Source: Azolla caroliniana (Eukaryota > Plantae > Polypodiophyta). Taken from it: a stretch of 64,000 bases of DNA. Under the pieces are notes generated by a model. The model was not told the origin of the DNA, ran no database searches, and was given only the letters and a program-made list of their open reading frames with translations. Below are positions 38,206-49,884 of the stretch, one piece after another. The translations under genes were made by a program, and so were the position numbers. The stretch covers positions 16,926,001 to 16,990,000 of the forward strand of contig JBHGNT010000007.1 of the NCBI GenBank assembly GCA_043228905.1, read 5' to 3'. Position 1 is the stretch's first letter. Every line of letters starts with the position of its first letter.

Positions 38206-41200
38206 AGAAACGGGTCCCTCTGGATGGGAAGATAATAGCCGAGTTGATGAGAAACTCGGTCGAGGCCGAATCCGAAATCGTGTAGACAGCCAACTCAGAA
38301 GACTATACTTCTAAATAGTCTAAATATGTCCTTATGGGCTACACTTGTAAATAACCCAAAAGGTGTACTAGTATAAGTACTTAGGGAAATCATAATGTGA
38401 TTATGAGTTAATGTTAAAAAGCTACTTAGAAGGTTGTTGCCTCTATAACTGTGTAACGATAAGCGAGTGAGAGTGAGAGAGTGTGTAATTATGTAGTCGT
38501 CTGTTGACGAAGTAAAATCTCGACGTCGTTGCCTTAGAGCTTCTATTTGTACTCCTCCTCTTAGCATAGTGATTCTGTTTCTCAATGTTTGTGGACCCCC
38601 GTGGTTTTCCCATTTCGGGTTTTCACGATAAGATCGTGTGTTTCTATCTCTTGTGTTATTTCTGTTTTCGTACTCTGCCTGAGTGCATTCTACTTTATGT
38701 TCCCTACACCCGAACATCTGAATGATAAACCGGTTGTGGCCGGTCACGATTCTCGACAAAGTGGTATCAGAGCGAACAACACATGAAATGGAAGAATCGT
38801 TCGGCGGCATGTTCAAGCTCACCGGATCCAACTACTCAGTGTGGAAGTCAAAGATGAGGGATATGCTAGTGGTTAAAGATCTTTCGTTGCCGGTTTAGTT
38901 CAAGGACAAGAGACCGAATAAGATTGACGCCACAATGTGGGATGTGATGCACATGAAGACGACGACATATATCCAGTGCTTCATTGACATGAGCCTGTAC
39001 AACAATTTCAATGAAGACAGCAAGGCTCATGAACTCTGGGAGAAGATTGGCATCATGTTACAAAACAAGAATGTTGTTAATCAAGTTTCGGTATTCCGGA
39101 AGCTAGTGAGGCTCCGGTACCAGGACGGCTCCAGTATGGCGGAGCACATGAATGCCTTCCTGGGATTGATACACCAAGCCATCTCGTTGGAAGTACCTCT
39201 TGTGGATTAGGTACTCGCATTGCTCCTACTTGGTTCCCTCCCGGATTGTTGGGAGACGTTAGTTGTCACGTTGGGCAACGCCGGGCCGGAAGAAACGTAG
39301 TTGTCCCCAGCAAGGGTAAAATCAAGCCTGCTAGGTGAAGAAGCTCACTGAAAGGACCGAGAGTCCGGAACCGATCCGAAGGCCTTGGTTACGGAAGATG
39401 ACCACAACCGGGGAAGAGGCCGGTATCGGAGTCCCCAAAACAGGGACAAATCGAGGACGAGGTCAAAGTTGAGAAGAAGGCCCACGTGCTTCTATTGCAG
39501 GAAGCCGGTGCACTTTCAAAAGAATTGCCGACATTTCTGAAAGGAAAAGGGGGAGCCGATGGTGTGCAACCGAAAAAAAATCGAAAAGCAGGAACACCTT
39601 GGCGATCGCGACAAGTGAGGAGGAGTTGCTGCTCATTAGCGAGCAGAACGAAGTGAGCCTTGTCGGCGATGAATCAACATGGGTGGTCGATTCGGGTGCG
39701 TCATTTCACCTAACCCCTGACCGGAAATGCTTCTCATCGTACAGGGCCAATGATCTCGGATCCGTAAAGATGGGAAATGAAGAAGCATGTCGAATTGTCG
39801 GCATTGGAAACATGTGTTTGGTGACCTCAACTGGCTGCAGACTTGTGCTGAGAGATGTTCAACACATTCCGGAGGTTCGATTGAACCTGATATCAGCCGG
39901 TCGGCTGGATGATGAAAGCTACACGAGTAGCATCCGGAATGGTGTCATGAGGTTCTGCAAGGGGAGCCTAATCGTGGCTCAAGCACGGAAAACCAACACA
40001 CTGTACGTAATGAATGCTCGATTATGTCGTGGGGAAGTGAATGTGGCAGCCAAAACAATCGATGAACTATGGCACATGAGGTTGTGCCACATGAGCCAAA
40101 AGGGGATGCAGAAGCTTGCTGAGGAGAACCTCATTCCGAAGGTGAAGAATGTGCAACTTGAGAAATGCACGGATTGCTTGGCCGGTAAGAAAAATCGAAC
40201 ATCCTTCCAAACAAGGCCCCCAATGAGGAAGAAGATACCCCTGGAACTCGTGCATATGGATGTATGCTACGTGGAGACGAAGTCGCATAGTGGTTCACAA
40301 TATTTCGTGACCTTTATAGACGATTATAGTTGGAAGTTGTGGGCTTTCATGCTAAAGACGAAGGATCAAGTGCTATCCGTCTTCAAAGAGTTCCAAGTGA
40401 GGGTCAAGAGAGAAACCGGTCGTAAGTTGAAGGCAGTCCGAGCGGACAATGGCGGAGAGTACCGTGAACCGTTCGAAGAATATTGCCGAAAAGAATGAAT
40501 CCAACTTGAGTATACCATGCCAAAAATGCCAGAGCTGAATGGGTTGGCCAAGAGAATGAATGGGACCATAATGGAGAGAGTTTGAAGCATGCTTGCACAT
40601 GCAAAATTACCGAAAACGTTTTGGGTTGAGGCGCTAATAACAACAGCATATGTGATAAACCGATCACCCTCAGTACCCTGGATGGTGATATTCCACAACG
40701 AGTGTGGAGCAGCAAAGACATGTCGTACCGACATTTGAGGGTGTTCTGTTGTCTTGCTTTTGTGCATCTAGCAAAGGACCAAAGGGGGAAATTAGACTCG
40801 AAATCTCGGCCGTGCATATTTCTCGGTTACGGCGATGATGAGTTCGGTTATCGGCTATGGGACTTAGCCGAGAAGAAGATGATTAGGAGCCGAGACATTG
40901 TCTTCATGGAAGAGAATACAATGATTGATTGGGAGAATGAGAAAAATTCTCCAACCACCGAATCGAGCCGAGTCGATGCTCGGTTGGATCGTGTAGATGA
41001 CGATTCGATCGAAATCAAACCCGTTGTCGTGAAGATTTTCGGCAATGGTGTGAAAATCACATAAAACGTACGAAATCGAGTGTGATTCATATAAAACAAT
41101 AATAGTGAAGATACTAATTTTAAGTAAGTTTAATATCTTAGTACAAAAAGATGGAGGTCTTAAAGAGCTTTCGGATACACTTTACTACATAAGAAACGGA

Positions 41201-44200
41201 CATCTAAGTGTCAACTTATGTTGGTAGAAAGTTTGCAAACAAAGAGAAAAATAAAATTGTGAGATATCCCACATAGACAGGATAAATAAGGATCTCACCA
41301 TATATAAGAAAGAGCAAAAGCTATTATCATTGTGTTTATGTGTGCAGCATAGAGAGTTCAAGGTGACTTGAACTAAGCTATTGGATGAATGGGTGTGGCC
41401 TAGCTACTTGCAAAGGTTTTGGCCAACCAAAACCGAACCGGCGACAGAACACATTTTCTTGGAATTATATTTTTATCATTGTAACTTTACATGTAAATTC
41501 TCATACATGAGAGCTAAAATGAGTGACATGGTTAACATGCACCGCATGTTATACATGAGCGCCAAATGGCAAACATGCATTTTATGCATGTCTTGTACCC
41601 TCAAATGCATGAGGGCATCTATAAAAGAGGGGAGGAAAAAGATGAAAGAATTAATGTAAAATTTTTGGATGATCAAATAAGAGACTTCTAACCCTATTGT
41701 TGATGTATCTTCCCTCTCAAATCTAAAATCAAGAGTTAAATCTTTATTTAAGTATCTCTTTCTTGCCATATCAATCTCTCTCAATCTATCTTAAATACTT
41801 TCTCGCTAAAACTAGCATAAACTTCGAATCCTTCCGGTCCCCCGGCAGTTCTGCCTCACAATCCGCGCCTAGTGATAGATCTTCACGACACCATACCAAT
41901 CGATCTATCTAATACTCAGCAAAATCGAGAAATGACTAATGAGCAAGGGGAGTCGGCCGAACGAGGAACCAAAATCGACTCAGACAAAGAGGTTGAAGAC
42001 GAACTAACCATACCAAACACAGGCCAAAGATACCCCCTTAGAGAGCGAAGAGCCCCCCGAAGATTTCCGGATGAAGAACGCGTACTGATAACCGATGAGG
42101 GGGAGCCTGAAAGCTACGAAGAAGCTAAGAAAGATACCCACAGCCGAGAGTGGTTACGTGCCATGCAAGAGGAGATGGATTCCTTGCATGAAAACCACAC
42201 ATATGAACTAACCAATTTGCCGAAGGGGAAGAATGCACTCTGAAATAAGTGGGTATACAAGTTGGAACCAGGAGATAGCCGAAATCCACCCAGATACAAA
42301 GCATGAATTGTCGTAAAAGGGTTTCAACAGAAGAAGGGTGTGGATTTCAACGAAATATTTTCCCCGGTAATGAAAATGACATCCATCCGAACCGTGTTGA
42401 GCATTCCTGCCAACATGGATCTCGAAGTCGAACAATTGGATGTCAAGATGGCGTTTCTGCATGGAGATCTTGAAGAGGAGATATATATGCAGCAACCTGA
42501 AGGATTCATAATGAAAGGTAAAGAAAACCTAGTATGCCGGTTGAGGAAGAGCCTGTACAAGTTGAAGCAGGATCCACGGCAAGGGTACCGAAAATTCGAT
42601 TCCTTCAACACCAAAAACGGGTACCACAAAACACAGGCCGATCATTGCGTATTTTTGAAGAAGTTCGATGGAGGAGATTTCCTCATCCTTTTGTTGTACG
42701 TGGACGACATGCTAATTGTCAGACATGACCATATGAAGATCCGAGCACTGAAGAAAGCCTTCAATAGGTCATTCTCGATGAAGGATATGGGTCCGGCAAA
42801 GCAAATCCTAGGTATGCACATTGTTCGGGACAGAACAAAGAAATTGTTATGGCAGTCACAGGAGAAATATGTGACAAAGGTGCTCCAGAGATTTGGCATG
42901 GAAGGCGCGAAACCAGTCGGCTCAACACTGCCGACGAACTGCAAGTTGAGTAAAGATCAATGTCCGAAATCGAAAACCGAAAAGGCCGAGATGTCAAAAG
43001 TCCCCTATGCCTTGGCGGTTGGAAGCCTGATGTACGCAATGGTGTGTACCAGGACGGACATTGGATACGCCGTCAGAGTGGTCAACTGATATATGAGCAA
43101 TCCCGGGAAAGAGCATTGGGCTGCCGTGAAATGGATATTTTGGTACCTAATAGGCACCTCAAGCATGTGTCTTCGTTTTGGCTTAGGTAACCCCACATTG
43201 GAAGGCTACACGGATTCAGACATGTCGGTTGATGCAGATACCAGTCGATCCACGTCCGGATACGTAATGACGTATGCAGGGGGAGTTGTCATGGTGTTGT
43301 CGACCATGGAAGCCGAGTACATGGCCGCGGTGAAAGCCGGCAAGGAAATCATATGGATGAAGGAGTTTATCAATGAGCTGGGAATTTGGCAGGAAGAATT
43401 CCAATTCTATTGCAATAATCAGATTGCCATCCACCTTGCAAAAAATGTTGCCTACCACTCGAGGACAAAACACATCCAACGGAGGTATCATTGGCTCTAG
43501 GAGAGGGTAGAAGAAAGGGAGTTCGCTCTAGTGAAGGTCCACACGACCGAAAAGGGATCAGATATGTTGACTAAAGTGTTACCAGCTAAAAAGCTGAGCG
43601 TGTGCCGACGGAAGATCAGATTGGTGCAGTACCCCATGCCGGAGTGAAGGGGGAGTTTGTTAGGAAACGGGTCCCTCTAGATGGGAAGATAATAGCCGAG
43701 TTGATGAGAAACTCGGCTGAGGCCGAATCCGAAATCGTGTAGACAACCAACTCGGAAGACTATACTTGTAAATAGTCTAAATATGTCCTTGTGGGCTACA
43801 CTTGTAAATAACCCAAAAGGTGTACTAGTATAAGTGCTTAGAGCAATCATAATGTGATTATGAGTTATTGTTAAAGAGTTACTTAAAAGGTCGTTGCCTC
43901 TATAATTGCGTAACTGTAAGCAAGTGAGAGTGAGAGAGTGTGTAACTGTGTAGCCGTCTGTTGAGAAGTAGAATCTCGAGGTCGTTGCTTCGGAGCTTCT
44001 ACTCCTCTTAGCATAGTGATTATGTTTCTCAATGTTTGTGGACCCCCGTGGTTTTCCCATTTCGGGTTTCCACGATAAGATCGTGTGTTTCTATCTCTTG
44101 TGTTATTTTTGTTTTCGTACTCTGTCTAAGTGCATTCTACTTTACGTTCCCTACACCCGAACATCTGAACGATAAGCCGGTTGTGGCCGGTCACGATTCT

Positions 44201-44205
44201 TGATA
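38206..44205 (+). mobile_element. Near-complete but mutated Copia element H
   Basis: 5' LTR ~38206-38758 (first bases lost); PBS TGGTATCAGAGC 38762-38773; gag-PR-INT-RT-RH fragments (ORFs 39599-40498, 42340-43089, 43093-43500); PPT; 3' LTR 43658-44205. Confidence 0.92.
41025..41890 (+). mobile_element. Solo LTR (866 bp) inserted in element H
   Basis: 12-bp terminal inverted repeat TGTCGTGAAGAT/ATCTTCACGACA; flanks CCGT/CCAT; TATA-like TATAAAAG at ~41620. Confidence 0.8.
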
Positions 44206-44840
44206 GTTTTTTATCGGATGGTATTCCAACCAGTTTTGTCAGCTTCTGCCAATTCATCAACGGTAAGTCCCATCAATTTTTGCCGAATGTCCTCGATGAG
44301 GACTTGGCTGATCGTCTCATCCAGATTTAGGATCGGTCGGTTATTGGTGTATGTTGTGCAAAATACCTCCCAACTCACCGACAAGCTCAATAGGAGGGCA
44401 AGGGCTTTCACTTCTTCTTCGAAGTTGATCCATTGCGAGGAGAGTTCTGACAACACCCGACTGAAGGTGTTGATGTGAGAGGTGTCCGAACCAGTCTCTC
44501 TCATCTTCATGTTGAACAGTCCTTTGATCAAGATCAGTTTTGAAGATGAGGAATTTTTCTCGTACACGGCTTGTAGCTTCTCCCATAATAAGAACGTTGT
44601 CGTCTCTTTTGCCAAGCTAAAGTAGACGTTTTCGGATAGGTGCATTCGAATTGTGGAGCGTGCGATTTCGTCCATTCATCTCCACTCATCAGCCGACATT
44701 GAAGCAGGCTTTTTGGAGTGTCGAATGGCCTCGACCTATCTTCGAATAATCAATACGTGCTACATCTCCTTCCATAGGGCAAAGTTTTTGCTGTTGAATT
44801 TTTGGATCTCAACTTCTGTACCGGATGTTGATGCCATGAT
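44206..44840 (-). mobile_element. Copia gag fragment
   Basis: IQKFNSKNFALWK, ARSTIRMHLSENV, LWEKLQAVYEK and ALALLLSL..SW (UBN2-type gag). Confidence 0.8.
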
Positions 44841-45215
44841 TCTTTTGAAAGTGAGATTTGCTAACCTAGTCTTTTTCCTTGCAGCTTTTTTTGTGTTGTT
44901 TGTTGCCGCTGTCATGATGTTTCTAACACATAGTGTGAAACCATCCTCGAAAAGAAGTAAAATAGTAGTTCAAATAAACTAGTATTGTGAAGTCAACTTT
45001 ATTGGTAGCAAAAATACTTTTTCATTTTCCAAAGATAATTCCTTATAAATAAAAGGTCAAAGGATTGAACCTTACTATTGTCATGAAGACAACATTTTGG
45101 TTATCAAGAATCGAACCCACGGCTTCTTGGTCTATGTGTTAAACCCTTAACCATTGTAATAACATATATGATGTGTGATTGTAATAATTATGTTTCTAGT
45201 TATTACAAGATATTA

Positions 45216-45292
45216 GAATATTCTAGAACATTCTAGATTATTCTAGAATATTCTAGATTATTCTAGAATATTCTAGATTATTCTAGAACATC
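45216..45292. promoter_or_regulatory. Heat-shock element (nGAAnnTTCn) array in LTR U3
   Basis: GAATATTCTAGAACATTC followed by 10-bp TTCTAGA(AC/AT/TT)A units, ~80-150 bp upstream of TATAAATA (45371). Equivalent arrays occur at ~50155-50220, ~32355-32425 and ~35375-35480. Confidence 0.75.
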
Positions 45293-46380
45293 CTTTAATA
45301 TTTCATGATTATATTTCTTATCATAAAATCTAAAATATTCTAGAACATTCTAGATTACTCCACATGGACCTATAAATAACTGTCTATACATTTGTTTCAA
45401 CTCATTCAGTTCAAACTGTTGAGACTCGTGGGTAGAAGATAGAGTGAGAGCGAGAGTGAGAGCGAAAGAGAGAGGGTGTGTGTGTGCGCGTGAGAGAGAT
45501 AAGACTTAAAATAGAAATGAGATTATATTATGATGAAACAAGATTACAATGAGTAGGTTCCTGAATCAAGTCCGTTTGGTGATTCAGTTACATCCCAATC
45601 GGTACCCAACTGATGCTGCTTGTGTGGGATTAATAGGAACCTTGCTAAGCGGTACCGCATTAGCATGGTTTGCACCACTTCTAGAGAAGAAATCACCATT
45701 GTTGGAGGATTTCGAGGCATTCGTTAAAGAATTTCAAGCTAGTTTTGGAGACACCGATAGCACTAGAACGGCAATAAACAAGATTTGAAGACTCCGACAA
45801 GGAGATCGTCCCGCTTCAGCCTACGCAGCAGATTTCCATCTCTTGGCATGTGACATCCCTTGGGATGAGGCAGCCTTAATGGATCAATTTTGTCAGGGTT
45901 TGCATAACGATGTCAAAGATCTTCTTCTTACTTTCCACGAAGATCCAAAGTCTCTTACAGAGGCCATTAGTCGAGCTATGCGATGTGATAATCGCCTATA
46001 TGAGCGACGTTCTGAACGTCAACAAATGTTACGCCGTCAACCAGAACAGACGTATGCTTCAATAGTCGCAACACCGCCACACGTTCCCAGACCCGTTACG
46101 AGGGATGGTCCCACTCCGATGGAAATAGAGTCAACACAACGTCGAGGGCCTTTATCAGATGCTGAGAAACAACGACGTCGGGCGCATCGCCTATGCCTCT
46201 ACCGTGGTGGTCCAGGACATATTGATGTGAATTGTCCACATAAACCCAGACGACAAGTTTACCAAGTGCACATGACAACCCTACCATGAGTTCTACTATC
46301 ACTTCTAATAACTTAACTACTAAGCCTAATAACCCATGCCATGAGAATAGATTTGATGTCTTGAGCCAATTAGAGGATGT

Positions 46381-46425
46381 GTTAAACGAATAAGTCCGGC
46401 CAAAATAGGAGCCATTTGGTTGGAC
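46381..46425 (+). promoter_or_regulatory. Putative -1 ribosomal frameshift signal (gag to pol)
   Basis: Slippery G_TTA_AAC, 6-nt spacer, and 11-bp stem GTCCGGCCAAA/TTTGGTTGGAC. The zero frame stops at TAA 46391-46393; the -1 frame is open into the protease. Confidence 0.75.
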
Positions 46426-49400
46426 CATCCTAGATATGTAGAGTTTGTACCTAGTTGTGGTTCCATTTCATCAAATCAAGTTAGTAGAGTTTTTTCTGCA
46501 CAAGTCAAGCTTAGCACATCTACAAGTCATCGAGTCCTAGCCTCTACCCTCCTAGATTCTGGAGCCAATTCTTGTTTCATGGATCGCGAGTTTGCATTGA
46601 CCCAAAACATCATCTTGAACAAGCTCTCGAACCCAGTAGCTGTAGGAGTCATTGATGATCGCCCTATAGCATCAGGTGATATAGTCGAAGAGTCTGAATC
46701 AATTCGTGTAGTCCTAGGTAATTTGGCTAGTATCATCTCATTCAACATCATTAGTAGTCCAGAGCACTCTCTAGTTCTTGGTCTTCCTTGGTTTGAGTTA
46801 CATAACCCAACTATTGATTGGAGAAAAAGAACTATTGAAGAGGTCATAGTACAGTCCGAGTCTCTTGAAACTCCAACAAAGGATCTAGGATCCCACATGA
46901 TTTCAACAATCTCTATACATCAGTTACGAGAGGATGGAAGGAAGGAAGACATGATGGTGTTTGCGGTTTTAGCAACTCCCTCATCTACCTCACAAGAATT
47001 GGGGGGTCCAATTACCAAAGAAGTACATAGAATTCTCCGATGTGTTCGATAAGGTGAAGGCTAATAGATTACCAGAGCATTGACCCTATGATTGCCCAAT
47101 TGATTTGCAGCCAGGAAAAGAGCCTCCATGGGGACCAATTTATAACCTTTCGCCCACAGAGTTAGAGGTTCTTCAAGAATATATAGATGAGAACCTGGCA
47201 AATGGTTTTATCCAACATTCAAGATCTCTTGCTGGTGCACCCATCTTTTTCGTTAAGAAGAAAGATGGTACGCTTCGTATGGTCGTGGATTATCGGGGCT
47301 TGAATAAAGTAACTATTAGAAACCGATATGATCTACCATTGATCTCAAGCCTTCTAGAACGCCTCAGTGGAGCAAAGTTTTTCACGAAGTTAGATCTTCG
47401 AGGTGCCTACAACCTTGTTCGCATTCGTCCTGGGGATGAATGGAAGACCGCATTCCGCACTCGCTATGGTCATTTTGAATATACAGTGATGCCATTTGGT
47501 CTCACGAATGCACCAGCAGTTTCCAACATATGGCGAATGACATTTTTCGAGACTTCCTCAATATCTTCATCATAGTTTACTTGGATGATATCTTGATCTA
47601 CTCAAAAACTCAAGAGGAGCATGAGATACATGTTCGCCAAGTTTTGCAACGGTTACGAGAGTATGGTCTCTATGCAAAATTGGAGAAGTGTAGTTTCAAC
47701 CAGTGTCAAGTGGAATTTTTGGGGTACATAATCTCTTCAAATGGCATCTCTATGGATCCATCAAAGGTTCAAACAATTTTGGATTGGCAAACACCACAGT
47801 CTGTGCGAGATGTACAATGTTTTTTGGGGTTCGCAAACTTTTATCGCAAGTTCATCAAAGATTATTCAAAGATTGTATTCCCCCTCACTCAACTAACGCG
47901 CAAGAATCAACCATTTGTATGGGGTATAGATGCAAACTCTGCATTTGAGGGTTTAAAGCAAGTGTTTACATCTGCACCAATTTTAATGCATGTTGATCCA
48001 ATGAGGCGCTTTAAACTTGAAGCTGATGCATTTGATTTCGCACTTGGAAGCGTACTATCCCATATTGGTGAAGATGGTGAACTGCACCCTGTGGCTTTTC
48101 ATTCACAGAAATTTGAAGCCGCAGAAATCAACTATGAGATTCACAACAAAGAGCTTCTTGCCATTGTGGATTCTTTTCAACAATGGCGTCATTTTTTGGA
48201 GGGTTCTTCTCAACAGATTATTGTCTTCAATGATCACAAAAATCTAACATACTTCCAAAGTGCTCAAGTCTTGAATCGTCGACAAGCTCGTTGGGCGCAG
48301 TTCTTAACTTGTTTTGATTTTGTAATTCTATATCGCCCTGGGATGCAACAAGGAAAAGCAGATGCTTTATCTCAATGTTCGTATATGGAACTTCAACCAG
48401 GAGAGGCCGCATTTGAAAGTCAAAAGCAAATCCTCTTAGGTCCTGATCGTCTACGAGTAATGGCAATACATACTATCAACACACCAGGAGATTCGAGGCT
48501 TCTTGATTCCATTCGGGAGCAGATTGCGACAGATGCATTTGCCCAAGAGGTTTTGAGTCATATTATCCCAGATCGTGCTTCTAGCTCTCAATCTAAAGAT
48601 CCTCATCTAGACTACACCCAGTTCAATTGGCATGATGGTTTGCTTTTTCGACAAACTCTCTTGTATGTGCATGACGGTCCTTCTCGACTCAAAGTCGTGC
48701 AACAATGTCATGACACGCCAATGGCTGGACATTTCGGCATCCACAAGACTTTTGAGTTGATTTCTCGCCAATATTGGTGGCCACAGCTTCGCCATTTTGT
48801 TACGGATTATGTTCGTAGTTGTGACACATGTTGCCGATCAAAAAAGCCTCGACATCATCCATATGGCCTATTACAGCCAATGCCTATTCTGGAGAGCCCA
48901 TGGAAATCTATTTCCTTGGACTTTATTACGGATCTTCCACCTTCCAAGGGATTGGATTCTATTCTCACGGTAGTCGATCGTTTTACGAAGATGGCGCATT
49001 TCCTTCCATGCACGAAGACCATTACTAGTCAAGAGACAGCCGATTTACTCATGCGGGAGGTGTTTCGCCATCATGGTCTTCCGGATGATATTATCAGTGA
49101 TCGGGGTCCCCAATTCATCTCGAAATTTTGGCGGCACATGTTCAAACTCTTACATACTTCTTGTAAACTCTCTTCCGGCTACCATCCAGAGACTAATGGG
49201 CAGAGTGAGCACACCAACCAAACAATCGAACAATATCTACGTTGTTTTGTCAACTATCAACAAGATGATTGGGTGGATTTATTACATTTGGCGGAATTTG
49301 CTTACAACAACTCCGAACATTCTTCTACTGGCTATTCCCCATTTTTTGCTAACATTGGGTACCATCCTCGTTGGACGATGCTTGAACATCCCGAACTCCC

Positions 49401-49884
49401 AAAAAACCCGGTTGCTGAAGATCGGCTCACTCGACTCCAAGAAATTCAAGATATACTTTTGCATCATTTATGTGATGCCCAAAACACTCAAAAGAAGATT
49501 GTTGATCGTCATCGGCGTGATTCATCGACTACGTTTCAAGTAGGAGATCGTGTATGGCTCTTACAAGGTAGCATTAAAACCACTCGACCTTGTTACAAAT
49601 TGGATTATCAACGTTTCGGCCCATATGTGATCTCTGGTAAGATCAATGATGTGACATTTCGTCTTGATCTCCCTCCTCATATCTGTCTTCACCCGGTCTT
49701 CCATGTTTCACTTTTGGAGCCCTACACAACAAGCTCTATTCCGGGTCGTCTTACACCTCCCCCACCTCCAATCGAAGTTTCCAATGGCTCTGAATATGAG
49801 GTTGCTGCTATTCTCGACTCCAAGATCATCCGCAACAAACTATATTATTTGGTTGATTGGTTAGGTTATACACCTAATGATTGA
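46381..49884 (+). pseudogene. Gypsy G pol (PR-RT-RH-INT-chromodomain) with a few frameshifts and stops
   Basis: ORFs 46420-47052, 47105-47575 and 47530-49884; the chromodomain is interrupted by TGA (PND*TWEP). Confidence 0.9.
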
